This document shows, one piece after another, positions 27,888 through 37,049 of a stretch of DNA of 64,000 nucleotides. The translations under genes were made by a program, and so were the position numbers. Location of the stretch: positions 5,997-69,996 of the forward strand of contig JBBRXA010000007.1 of NCBI GenBank assembly GCA_038248855.1, read 5' to 3'. Source of the DNA: Bacteroidales bacterium. GTDB lineage: Bacteria > Bacteroidota > Bacteroidia > Bacteroidales > VadinHA17. Each line of letters opens with the position of its first letter. Position 1 is the first letter of the stretch. Under the pieces are notes generated by a model. It ran no database searches and was not told where the DNA came from. It saw nothing but the letters and a program-made list of their open reading frames with translations.

Positions 27888-27980
27888 CTATTTCTTCTTC
27901 TTATGCCTGTCTTTCCGCAAACGCTTCTTGCGTTTGTGGGTAGCCATCTTATGCCTCTTTCTCTTTTTTCCGCTTGGCAT
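27888..27980 (-). CDS. 30-aa Lys/Arg-rich protein, bS22/AURKAIP1-COX24-like small ribosomal protein
   Basis: Hand translation gives MPSGKKRKRHKMATHKRKKRLRKDRHKKKK*. The ATG is 5 nt after the HU stop. Not in the ORF track because it is too short. Confidence 0.65.
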   Translation of the reverse strand: MPSGKKRKRHKMATHKRKKRLRKDRHKKKK

Positions 27981-27985
27981 GTTAC

Positions 27986-28273
27986 TTATTTCTTAGCGTG
28001 TGATTTAACTTTTGTAATGAATGTTTTGGCAGGTTTGAATGCCGGAATGTTATGGGCAGGAATAATGATGGTTGTATTCTTTGAAATGTTCCTGGCTGTT
28101 TTCTTAGCGCGTTTTTTAACGATAAAACTGCCGAAACCCCTGAGGTATACATTATTTCCGGTTACCATTGAGTCTTTTACCGATTCCATAAAAGCTTCAA
28201 CAGTTTTCTGTACTGTTACTTTTTCAATTCCAGTGTTCTTGGCAATTTCATTAACGATGTCTGCTTTTGTCAT
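27986..28273 (-). CDS. hup: HU-family DNA-binding protein
   Basis: 95 aa starting MTKADIVNEIAKNTG, with the GFGSF..K.R..+..RN beta-arm motif. Confidence 0.92.
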   Translation of the reverse strand: MTKADIVNEIAKNTGIEKVTVQKTVEAFMESVKDSMVTGNNVYLRGFGSFIVKKRAKKTARNISKNTTIIIPAHNIPAFKPAKTFITKVKSHAKK

Positions 28274-28328
28274 TTTGCATGAATTTTAAATTCAACAAAT
28301 TATTTTGTATTCTGTTTTTTCAATGGTG

Positions 28329-28336
28329 CAAATATA
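28329..28336 (-). promoter_or_regulatory. Candidate -7 promoter box (TATATTTG) for hup
   Basis: The minus strand reads TATATTTG about 55 nt upstream of the HU ATG. Confidence 0.35.
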
Positions 28337-28558
28337 AAATATTATTTCTCAATTATGGGTGACAATATATTTTTTTAACTCCGAATAACCTGATTTTTTG
28401 ATAACTATAAAATTTCAGGTACAATAAGAGCCCGTAAAAGTTATGATTATGTCCCTTTCTGTGCTTGACCTTCAGGTTCTGTGAATAACTCCTTATCCTC
28501 TTTCAACGGTTTTTTTTATAACTTTACATCCGGCACTTAACAGCAAAACCAATATATT

Positions 28559-29032
28559 ATGTCTTTCAATAAAGTAATACTGGTCGGAAATGTGGGCAAA
28601 GACCCCGAGATCAGACGGTTCGAAAATAATATCAAAGCCTCGTTTTCACTCGCCACCAGCGAAACATACACTCCCAAAGGCGGAGACAAGGTCACCCAGA
28701 CCGAATGGCATAACATCGTCGCCTGGAGAAGGCTTGCCGAACTGTCAGAGAATTATATCCGCAAAGGATCGCAGATTCTTATCGAGGGAAAACTTCGCTA
28801 CCGTTCCTATGATGACAAGGATGGCAACAAGCGATATATCGTCGAAGTTGAAGCAGAGGTAATACAGCTTCTCGGCCGGAAGTCTGACGGTACCAGTACG
28901 CAGCCGACAGGCAGCCAGCCGGCGCAGAACACTACAGGCGGCTACAATGCCCCCCAGAGTCCGACCATGCCTGACGCCAACCAGGGTGAGGACCTGTCTG
29001 CCCGAGAGGGTATTGACGACCTCCCGTTTTAG
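28559..29032 (+). CDS. ssb: Single-stranded DNA-binding protein
   Basis: MSFNKVILVGNVGKDPE OB-fold start, Gly/Gln/Pro-rich linker and acidic tip DDLPF. Confidence 0.93.
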   Translation: MSFNKVILVGNVGKDPEIRRFENNIKASFSLATSETYTPKGGDKVTQTEWHNIVAWRRLAELSENYIRKGSQILIEGKLRYRSYDDKDGNKRYIVEVEAEVIQLLGRKSDGTSTQPTGSQPAQNTTGGYNAPQSPTMPDANQGEDLSAREGIDDLPF

Positions 29033-29051
29033 TTAAATAAATTCCGGGCCA

Positions 29052-30380
29052 TTGGAGACAATTCTGCCAGTTCTACAGACAGGTATCCATCAGATGTCAG
29101 TCATTGCGGTCTCCGATATCAGTGTGATTGCTGAATTTGTCATCCTGCTGCTCCTGCTGTTCTTTTCAGCTTTCATCTCCGGCTCCGAAGTCGCTTATTT
29201 TTCACTTTCGCCTGCCGACCTCGGCAGTTTGAGGGAAAAGAAGGGCAAACGTCCGGCTATGGCCCTGAAGCTGCTCTCCAGGCCTGAAAGACTGCTCAGC
29301 ACCATCCTGGTCACGAACAACACTCTTAATATTTCTATCATTATTCTTGCAGCCTTCATCAGTTCGCAGCTCTTCGACTTCACTGACAATCCGGTTATGG
29401 GATTCATCATCGAGGCGGTGGTCATCACCTTCATGCTGCTGCTCTTCGGAGAAATAATGCCCAAGGTTTATGCTTCCCGAAACCAGCTCAGGTTCTCTCT
29501 GATTATGGCGCCTGCGCTTACACTTTGTGTCAGCATCTTCAAACCCCTGGCCTCTCTGCTGATGCTTTCATCGGTTTTTGTAAGGAAGAGAGCCGTGCTG
29601 AGATCAAAAAACATCAGCATTGACGATCTGTCTGACGCCCTTGACCTTACCTCGGTGGGCATTAAGGATGACGAAGAAATCCTAAAGGGAATAGTCAGAT
29701 TCGGGAACATAAGTGTCAGCGGCATAATGTGCCCGAGAATGGATGTATCTGCACTGGATATGCGCGAAGGATTCAGGACCGTCCTGCCCAAGATTATAGA
29801 ATCAGGATTCTCGAGGATCCCTGTTCATTCGGGGTCTTTTGACAATGTAAAAGGAGTACTCTTTGTCAAGGACCTCCTTCCTCATCTGGAAAAGCCCGAT
29901 TCATTCAGGTGGCAGTCTCTCGTCAGGCCTCCCTATGTGGTTCCTGAAACGAAGAAGATCAATGACCTGCTGAAGGAGTTCCAGTTAAAGAAGATCCATA
30001 TTGCTATCGTTGTTGACGAATACGGCGGCACCAGCGGCATAGTGACGCTCGAGGACATACTCGAGGAAATTGTGGGAGAGATCACCGATGAGACGGATGA
30101 GGATTTGCCTCTCTACAGAAAAACCGGCGACGGAGCCTGGATCTTTGACGGGAAGATCCTTATAAACGACTTTTACAGGATCACGGATACTGATGAAGAT
30201 CCGTTCGATGACTTCATTGGCGAGTCAGAGACGCTGGCGGGGCTCCTGCTGGAGCTGATCGGGGAAATACCTCAGAAAGGAAGGGTCATTCCACTGGGCG
30301 ACTTCAGTTTCACAATAGAGTCGGTAGAGAAGAGGCGTATCCGTGAGATACGGGTGGTCAAGAAGGAGGGTTCTGCATGA
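29052..30380 (+). CDS. gldE: Gliding-motility-associated protein GldE (CNNM/CorC-type TM domain, CBS pair and CorC_HlyC domain)
   Basis: 442 aa with a DUF21-type N-terminus, CBS pair and C-terminal transporter-associated domain. The ssb-gldE-gldD order matches Flavobacterium. The TTG start at 29052 is uncertain; an alternative ATG lies at 29094. Confidence 0.8.
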   Translation: METILPVLQTGIHQMSVIAVSDISVIAEFVILLLLLFFSAFISGSEVAYFSLSPADLGSLREKKGKRPAMALKLLSRPERLLSTILVTNNTLNISIIILAAFISSQLFDFTDNPVMGFIIEAVVITFMLLLFGEIMPKVYASRNQLRFSLIMAPALTLCVSIFKPLASLLMLSSVFVRKRAVLRSKNISIDDLSDALDLTSVGIKDDEEILKGIVRFGNISVSGIMCPRMDVSALDMREGFRTVLPKIIESGFSRIPVHSGSFDNVKGVLFVKDLLPHLEKPDSFRWQSLVRPPYVVPETKKINDLLKEFQLKKIHIAIVVDEYGGTSGIVTLEDILEEIVGEITDETDEDLPLYRKTGDGAWIFDGKILINDFYRITDTDEDPFDDFIGESETLAGLLLELIGEIPQKGRVIPLGDFSFTIESVEKRRIREIRVVKKEGSA

Positions 30381-30949
30381 GAACAGGATGGGCGCCTTTT
30401 ATCTGTGCAGCAGCATTGCTTCTGTCAGGCTGCGGCAGTCCGGCTGTACCAAGGCCGGCTGGTTATTTCAGAATAGACCTTCCGGAGAAACAGTATGCCC
30501 GTTATGACGCACCGTGTTCATATTCCATAGAGTATCCCGTTTACGGAAAAATCAATCCCAGGCCGGGTCCGCCTCAGGATACATGCTGGATGGACATAGA
30601 ATTTCCCTCTTTTAAAGCTAAAATACACCTGACCTACTTCACCGTCATCACCAACCTTGCCTCGCTGACGGAATCGGCGCGCGAGCTGGCATACAAACAC
30701 ACCGTCAAGGCTGATGCAATTGACGAGAAGGTCTGGTCAAACGACTCGGCCCGTGTCTACGGTATCCTTTATGACCTTAAGGGCAACACCGCCTCAGCGG
30801 TTCAGTTTTACATGACTGACAGCACCCGCCATTACCTTCGCGGCTCACTGTATTTTACCGCCCAGCCCAATGAGGACTCCCTTCTGCCTGTCATCACTTT
30901 TCTGCGGGAAGATATTATTCGGATGATTGAAACGCTTACCTGGCGGTAA
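30377..30949 (+). CDS. gldD: Gliding-motility lipoprotein GldD
   Basis: Lipobox LLLSGC followed by PRPAGYFRIDLPEKQY. The ATGA overlap with gldE suggests coupling. Confidence 0.72.
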   Translation: MRTGWAPFICAAALLLSGCGSPAVPRPAGYFRIDLPEKQYARYDAPCSYSIEYPVYGKINPRPGPPQDTCWMDIEFPSFKAKIHLTYFTVITNLASLTESARELAYKHTVKADAIDEKVWSNDSARVYGILYDLKGNTASAVQFYMTDSTRHYLRGSLYFTAQPNEDSLLPVITFLREDIIRMIETLTWR

Positions 30950-30951
30950 CC

Positions 30952-31593
30952 ATGGGCTGTATCACCAAACACTACCTGAACAAGGATACCGTACTGGGAG
31001 CCTGGAAGATCGAAGAAGACCTTCCGACACTGCTCGAACTGGTTGAGATGAACGCAGAAGACAGGAAGAGATATGATGTCTTCCGGAGCACCTCCAGAAA
31101 GACGGAGTTCCTCAGTGTGAGAGCCCTTCTGGCAGAACTCCTGGGAAAGGAAGCCAAAATAGTATACAACAAGAATAACAAACCCTTCATCAGGGACGGA
31201 TCACATTTCATAAGCATCACCCATTCGAACAAACTCACAGCATTACTTATCAGCAAGAGTGAGAGAGTGGGGATAGACCTCGAATATATGCGCGCCAGCA
31301 TCAGTTACGTAGCATTCAAGTTCCTGAATAAAAAAGAGAAGATCACCCGTAACCGAAGCCTTCGCACCTATAACCTTTATATAATATGGTGCGCCAAGGA
31401 GGCTATCTACAAGATCTGTGACAAAGAGGGTATTAACATTGTGAAGGATATCACCATTGAGCCCTTCGGAATCAGGGACTCGGGTGAGATTACGGGATAT
31501 GTGAAGAATGAACGGATAGACGACCGGTTCACCCTCTTCTATTCCAAATATGACAACTACGCAATTGTCTGGACCAAGAAAAAGCATGAATAG
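30952..31593 (+). CDS. 4'-phosphopantetheinyl transferase superfamily protein (Sfp type)
   Basis: 213 aa with ISITHS and VGIDLE motifs and a WCAKEAIYK helix. Confidence 0.8.
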   Translation: MGCITKHYLNKDTVLGAWKIEEDLPTLLELVEMNAEDRKRYDVFRSTSRKTEFLSVRALLAELLGKEAKIVYNKNNKPFIRDGSHFISITHSNKLTALLISKSERVGIDLEYMRASISYVAFKFLNKKEKITRNRSLRTYNLYIIWCAKEAIYKICDKEGINIVKDITIEPFGIRDSGEITGYVKNERIDDRFTLFYSKYDNYAIVWTKKKHE

Positions 31594-32326
31594 CAGCATT
31601 CTTGACGGCAGAAGGAAGACAGTGGGGCAGCTGATTGATCCGGACAAGTACAGTGATGAATCACTGGCTGTCATTGCCGGTCAGGCTGACAAGGCCGGCG
31701 TCGACTTTTTCCTGGCCGGAGGGAGCCTCACGTCAAGACCAATCAATACAATGATAGAAAAGCTCAGGAAGCTGTCATCCATCCCCGTAATCCTGTTTCC
31801 GGGCAATCTGATGCAGCTGACTGATGCCGCAGATGCGGTATTTCTACTGTCACTCATAAGCGGGCGCAACCCTGAGTTGCTGATAGGCAACCATGTGGTG
31901 GCGGCGCCCTTCCTCAAACACATCCGCGAGAGACTTATTCCCGTGGGTTATATGCTCATCGACTGTGGAGGAGGCACTTCAGTAGGGTATATGAGTCAGA
32001 CATCGCCCATCCCCCGGGACAAGGATGACCTCGCCGTTGCAACGGCCCTGGCCGGAGAGATGCTGGGCATGAAGGCTGTATACCTGGAGGGAGGCAGCGG
32101 TGCGTCGAGGCCTGTAAGTCCTTCGATGATCAGGGCTGTCAGGGAGGAGGTATCTGTACCCGTCATCACCGGCGGGGGTCTCGACACACCCGAAAAGATC
32201 GATGCAGCATTTTCAGCCGGAGCTGACCTTGTGGTAATCGGAAACGGATGCGAGAAAGACCCGGGTCTCATTGCTGATGCCTGCAGAATCAGGGACCGTT
32301 ATAACAAAAAGATCATAACCGCCTGA
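31586..32326 (+). CDS. Geranylgeranylglyceryl/heptaprenylglyceryl phosphate synthase (PcrB/GGGPS family)
   Basis: LIDPDK, ILFPGN, LLSLISGRNPE, YLEGGSGA, ITGGGL and GADLVVIGN motifs. ATG 31586 overlaps the PPTase stop (ATGAATAG). Confidence 0.85.
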   Translation: MNSSILDGRRKTVGQLIDPDKYSDESLAVIAGQADKAGVDFFLAGGSLTSRPINTMIEKLRKLSSIPVILFPGNLMQLTDAADAVFLLSLISGRNPELLIGNHVVAAPFLKHIRERLIPVGYMLIDCGGGTSVGYMSQTSPIPRDKDDLAVATALAGEMLGMKAVYLEGGSGASRPVSPSMIRAVREEVSVPVITGGGLDTPEKIDAAFSAGADLVVIGNGCEKDPGLIADACRIRDRYNKKIITA

Positions 32327-32349
32327 AATAATCCCCGTGAACAGCTGTA

Positions 32350-34005
32350 TTACCTGAAGAGCTCCTGCAGCGGTTCGCCTGTGGCGGCGTTCGGCAGCGG
32401 CACTTTGCAAAGGACGGAAAGCGTCACGGCAATATCCCGGATGCTTATGTTCCTGGTCACCGATGCCCTGCTGGCGGTCCATCCGTACCAGATAAGAGGC
32501 ACATGGCTGTCATATTCGTAAGGTGAGTTGTGCCCTGTGGCATTGTCGTTTTTCTCAATCCATCCCGGATTAAGCGAGATCATCACGTCGCCTGACCGCT
32601 GGGAAGTGTAACTGTTACTCATCTTAAGCAGTATACCACCGGTAAAGTCACTCATTTCGAAAGAAGAGCACGGGACCGCTGATGCAATGCCCGAAAACTG
32701 AACCATGAACCTTGCGACTTTTTTCTGTATATCCTCCAGACTGACGTCGGCATCCTCTATCAGGGCCCTGTTCAGGAAAATCTGGTTGTCATAAAATCCC
32801 TTTACCCAGTCGCCCTGACCGTAGACGGCATTAAGGTAGCTTCTCAGGAGCTGCAACGACTGGTTAACCTTGAAATATCCTGAGGGTATGCGGCTGGCTT
32901 CGAGCACTGCCGGTATCTCCGAGACACCGTGTGCCGATACGAAATATACCAGAACGTTTTTCTTGCCGAGATTCTTGTCTATCATATCCAGCAGAAGTCC
33001 AATGTTTTTGTCGAGACGCACAATGGCATCGGCGGTCTCAACCGAAGATGGCCCGAAGCGGTGTCCGATGTAGTCGGTTGCAGTGTAGGTTATTGCCAGG
33101 AAATCGGTGATGTCATCCTGTCCGAGTTGTTCACCGGTGATCAGCCTCATGGCAAGTTCAGTAGTGAAATCATCGGAAAATGGGGTCTCCCTGAGCAGGG
33201 CTAAATTACGTTTGACATTCAGGAGCTTCCCTTCAGTGGACATTGTCTTGAGATCATAAGGGAACCAGGTTCGTCCGTTGAATCCGCGTTCCGTACTGCT
33301 CGAGTCAGTCTGGCATCCGGGATACCGGAGTGGATCCATCAGCGGAGTCCATTGCTGATTTAGATACTGCCCGGGCATCACAAGTGCATTGAGGTCCTTC
33401 AGCCACGATGGAAGGTCATTTAAATAATAGGTGCTGCTCATCCAGGTGCCAGTCCTGTCATCATACCAGAAAGCGCCGTCAGCGGCATGCCCTGCGGTGA
33501 TTATGGCTCCCATCTCGCGGATGCCGATACCGTATACCTTGGCGGCCCCGCACGAGGCCATCTGAAGCTCGTCGGCGAACGTTGAAGAGAGCAGGTTCAC
33601 CGGTGAAAAGAGGCCCGTTTCAAAGCTGCCCCCGACAGGACTGACCTTGGGATCCTGCACGCAGTATATTATCTGATCATTGAAGGGATGGTACCAGCTG
33701 TCAGATGTGATGCCGTGAAACGCCGGTGAGGTTCCGGTGGAGACTGTCGCATAACCAGGGCCAGCCTGGGTAAGAAGATAATCATAGGATGCATTGCGGT
33801 AATAGGTCCCCTCGTTTATCAGTCGTTTGATCCCGTTCTCCGGGAGTATGTCGCGCAGCCGTTCGAGCTGGTCATACCTGAGTTGCTCGACCATTATTCC
33901 TATGACCAGTCTGGGTTTGTCAGGCGGAATGTAAGCCGACTGGCCGGAAAGATTAAGTGAAATCAGGAGAGAGGCAAGTATAATAAGTGCATTTTTCATT
34001 TTCAT
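32350..34005 (-). CDS. Alkaline-phosphatase-superfamily protein, PafA/NPP-like, secreted
   Basis: Signal peptide MKMKNALIILASLLISLNLSGQ. ATDYIGHRFGP and YDSHVPLIWYGW motifs. ATG 34005 is preferred over the track start at 34029. Confidence 0.8.
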   Translation of the reverse strand: MKMKNALIILASLLISLNLSGQSAYIPPDKPRLVIGIMVEQLRYDQLERLRDILPENGIKRLINEGTYYRNASYDYLLTQAGPGYATVSTGTSPAFHGITSDSWYHPFNDQIIYCVQDPKVSPVGGSFETGLFSPVNLLSSTFADELQMASCGAAKVYGIGIREMGAIITAGHAADGAFWYDDRTGTWMSSTYYLNDLPSWLKDLNALVMPGQYLNQQWTPLMDPLRYPGCQTDSSSTERGFNGRTWFPYDLKTMSTEGKLLNVKRNLALLRETPFSDDFTTELAMRLITGEQLGQDDITDFLAITYTATDYIGHRFGPSSVETADAIVRLDKNIGLLLDMIDKNLGKKNVLVYFVSAHGVSEIPAVLEASRIPSGYFKVNQSLQLLRSYLNAVYGQGDWVKGFYDNQIFLNRALIEDADVSLEDIQKKVARFMVQFSGIASAVPCSSFEMSDFTGGILLKMSNSYTSQRSGDVMISLNPGWIEKNDNATGHNSPYEYDSHVPLIWYGWTASRASVTRNISIRDIAVTLSVLCKVPLPNAATGEPLQELFR

Positions 34006-34095
34006 ATTTTGATGAGGAACATAAACCAAGCCGCAAAAGTATCAGTTTTGCCTTTAAATCAAGAATGCTGATCATTAAAGAAATCAACATCCGGC

Positions 34096-35808
34096 TTAAA
34101 GGGGCGGGAATTTGTTGACAATCAGTTTTCCCCTGACTGCCGGCCCGAGAGGCAATTTTTGCACAGAAACGATATACACACCGTCACCCAGAAAGCCAAA
34201 ATCTTCATTTATAGGGATTCCCGGTACTGAAACGGTTGTAAATGATGCAACCAGTGCTCCGCCGGTGGATGTAACCCTGACAATGACATTTCCGGAAACT
34301 GTTTCGGGTGGAATAATTCTGACCCGGCCTGAAGAGGGTACCGGGTATATCAGGAGGTCTGATAACGGCGGAACCGGGAAGGTGTCAGCGGGTGTGAGCT
34401 CAACATTCAGTTCAGTTCGCTGACTCCATATAACATTGACATTTTCAGCCGTATATGTTTTATAACCCGGAGAGGCAACTGTGAGCGTATGTATACCCGG
34501 TGAGAGGAATCTGTAGAATCTCCCGGTCAGGGTATCGGAATAAACGTGAGAAGAGTCGGCATCATGGCCTGGTGCAAATATCCCTGCCGCTACCGGCAGT
34601 CCTGTTTCAGCGTCGGTGACAGTGCCGCTGACACCGTACAGCGCCTCTTCAAGATAGCGCAGAAGCGACCTACGGTTAAAGTTCCAGAGTGACTCTAGCT
34701 GTGTGGCAGGTGTCTGTTTTGTGTCATCGAGTTCCATTGTCACTTCCCTTCCGCCAAGTTCATAGGTAATGTAATCCTGACGTCCTCCCCTTATTGAGTA
34801 CCAGACTGATCCGCGTGTAACACCGTTATCAAGGAAGGTAAGGTAACCGGGCAAAGCATTCAGATGCACGGTATCTGCATATCTCCTGCTCACCGCATTG
34901 AACCACTGATCGTCGGCGTGCTGCCTGGTCCATTTGTCCCACGGGTAATTCACAACCTCAGCTCCCGCGTGGAGGTTTGCTGACAGCACGAAGTGCTTTT
35001 CGCGCATATAGGCTATCATGGCGACTGTCTCGGGCTGGAGCAAAGGAGGTGATGAAACCTCCGGATCAGGGAAGTTTCGGTTGATATCATACCCGTTATG
35101 GTTCGTCCTCACAGGATTGATGATAGTGTCGCCGTTCCTGTACATCCCGTCAGGATTTGAAAGGGGGTTGATATAAATATCGAGTTCTGATGTAAGCCTC
35201 TGGAGGAGCCCCCCGTCATTGCTGCCCGATGCCAGGTGTTCGGCCAGTCGCATCAGAAGCACGAAGCCTGCCAGCTCATCACCGTGGATGGAAGCGCTGA
35301 GCATAACGGCTGGTTCATCCTCTTCCGAAGCAGGATTACCGGTAATCCTGAGTGCGAGAATAGCCCTTCCGAGAACGCTGAAGCCGATTGTATCAAGGAC
35401 ACATACATCAGGCCACCGGTCAGCCAGCCGGTGCATTATGGTATCATAATGTTTCCAGGTGGGGTATGAACGCCATTGCATCGCTTCGTCGGCGGAAGAT
35501 GCCGTAATGTTGCTCTTGGTGCTTTCGGGAATGATTATTTTATACTGCATCCCTGACCTGACAAACACCGGGGCCGTAAGCGGGGAAAGAGAAAGAATTG
35601 CTGTTTTTCCGTCGCAGGACGACACTGAATACTGAGTGGCAAGCTGTGACAGGGCATCATAGCCGGGATAGTCGATGACCACCTCTGCCTGGCCGTAATC
35701 CCTTACAAGGGTCAGTATATCATCACCTGCCTCCTGACCGGACGCATTTATCAGCAGGAAAAATAAGAAAATGACAGCTGTCAGAAGTTTGTTACTCAAA
35801 GTCAGCAC
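34096..35808 (-). CDS. M14 zinc carboxypeptidase with CarboxypepD_reg-like domain and T9SS C-terminal sorting domain
   Basis: Signal peptide, then SASIHGDELAG (HxxE), NPDG and LHAGAEVVNYPW motifs. C-terminal ~80 aa (LLIYPVPSSGRVRI...GVYIVSV...GKLIV) look like a T9SS type A CTD. The GTG start overlaps the ychF stop. Confidence 0.85.
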   Translation of the reverse strand: MLTLSNKLLTAVIFLFFLLINASGQEAGDDILTLVRDYGQAEVVIDYPGYDALSQLATQYSVSSCDGKTAILSLSPLTAPVFVRSGMQYKIIIPESTKSNITASSADEAMQWRSYPTWKHYDTIMHRLADRWPDVCVLDTIGFSVLGRAILALRITGNPASEEDEPAVMLSASIHGDELAGFVLLMRLAEHLASGSNDGGLLQRLTSELDIYINPLSNPDGMYRNGDTIINPVRTNHNGYDINRNFPDPEVSSPPLLQPETVAMIAYMREKHFVLSANLHAGAEVVNYPWDKWTRQHADDQWFNAVSRRYADTVHLNALPGYLTFLDNGVTRGSVWYSIRGGRQDYITYELGGREVTMELDDTKQTPATQLESLWNFNRRSLLRYLEEALYGVSGTVTDAETGLPVAAGIFAPGHDADSSHVYSDTLTGRFYRFLSPGIHTLTVASPGYKTYTAENVNVIWSQRTELNVELTPADTFPVPPLSDLLIYPVPSSGRVRIIPPETVSGNVIVRVTSTGGALVASFTTVSVPGIPINEDFGFLGDGVYIVSVQKLPLGPAVRGKLIVNKFPPL

Positions 35809-36896
35809 TATACGTTAAACCTGATATTAAGGATATCACCGTCACCCACGACATAACTCTTTCCCTCGATCATAAACCTGCCGGCTTCCTTGCAGGCGTG
35901 TTCCGAGCCAAGTCTGATAAAGTCACCGTATTTCATTACCTCCGCCCTGATGAAGCCCCGCTCGAGATCAGAGTGAATGACGCCAGCGGCCTGCGGGGCA
36001 GTCATTCCGTCAGTGATGGTCCACGCACGTATCTCCTTGGGCCCTACGGTAAAGAAGGTGAGTAGGTTCAGCATCGAATAGGCAGCCCTGACAAGCTTGT
36101 TCACACCCGGCTCTGACAGCCCCGCTGCCTGCAGGAATTCCATCCTGTCTGCAGCATCAGCCAGGGTTGCTATCTCGGCTTCCACCGCTCCTGCGATTAC
36201 AAGAGGGGTTTGCCCGCGTTCCTTCAGAAATGCTGTTACCGCATCCACGTATCTGTTCCCGCTGACGGCAGAGCCCTCGTCGACATTGCAAACATAAAGC
36301 ACCGGCTTCATTGTAAGAAGGAAGATATCGTCGGTATATCTTTTCTCTTCAGGCTTTCCGTCAAGGGTTACCGCATTCCGGAAGCCTTCAAGATGTTCCT
36401 TGTAACGGTTCAGCACTTCAATCCCGTGCTTCGCTTCCTTGTCACCGGTCTTTGCGGCTCTTTCAAGACGCTGCAGCTTCTTCTCTACTGACTCGATGTC
36501 TTTTACCTGCAGCTCGAACTCCACGTTTTCCAGATCCCTGACCGGGTCAACTGAACCGTCAATATGCGGCAGGGTATCATTGTCAAAGCAGCGGAGCACA
36601 TGTATCAGGGCATCGGTATTGCGGATATCGCCAAGAAGCCTGTTACCGGAGCCGTCGCCCTTGCCCCTCACCAGCCCGGGGATATCGACTATCTCAACGG
36701 TGGTTGGCACAAGTTTCTCAGTGACCTGATGCTTCTCCAGCTCCCTGAGACGCGGATCAGGGACCTGAATGATGCCCAGGTTTGCTTTTGCAACAGCCCC
36801 GAAAGTGCCTGTCTCGCCCCGCGAATTGGAGATGCAGTTAAAGATTGTTGTCTTTCCGACACTTGTAATTCCTATTATGCCGCATTTAAGTGCCAT
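35808..36896 (-). CDS. ychF: Redox-regulated ATPase YchF
   Basis: 362 aa with an N-terminal G-domain and a C-terminal TGS-like end ...GKSYVVGDGDILNIRFNV. Confidence 0.92.
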   Translation of the reverse strand: MALKCGIIGITSVGKTTIFNCISNSRGETGTFGAVAKANLGIIQVPDPRLRELEKHQVTEKLVPTTVEIVDIPGLVRGKGDGSGNRLLGDIRNTDALIHVLRCFDNDTLPHIDGSVDPVRDLENVEFELQVKDIESVEKKLQRLERAAKTGDKEAKHGIEVLNRYKEHLEGFRNAVTLDGKPEEKRYTDDIFLLTMKPVLYVCNVDEGSAVSGNRYVDAVTAFLKERGQTPLVIAGAVEAEIATLADAADRMEFLQAAGLSEPGVNKLVRAAYSMLNLLTFFTVGPKEIRAWTITDGMTAPQAAGVIHSDLERGFIRAEVMKYGDFIRLGSEHACKEAGRFMIEGKSYVVGDGDILNIRFNV

Positions 36897-36982
36897 TGAT
36901 CCTGATTTTTTCCGTTATGCCACAAAGGTACCAAAAAGTGCCACTCTGCATCATTCAGGCAAAGGTGATGACCTCTTTTTAC

Positions 36983-36990
36983 TAATTTTG
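36983..36990 (+). promoter_or_regulatory. Candidate -7 promoter box (TAATTTTG) for the ECF sigma operon
   Basis: TAnnTTTG match 59 nt upstream of GTG 37050. Confidence 0.3.
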
Positions 36991-37049
36991 ATGTCTGGAT
37001 TAAACCTTTACCCCGCTTTTACGTCTCAATTACAAATACTGATCTGAAG

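Noticed and set aside
27903-28289. 128-aa hydrophobic plus-strand ORF
   Set aside because: It is antisense to HU and the bS22-like ORF. Its apparent hydrophobicity arises from reading Lys/Glu-rich coding sequence in reverse.
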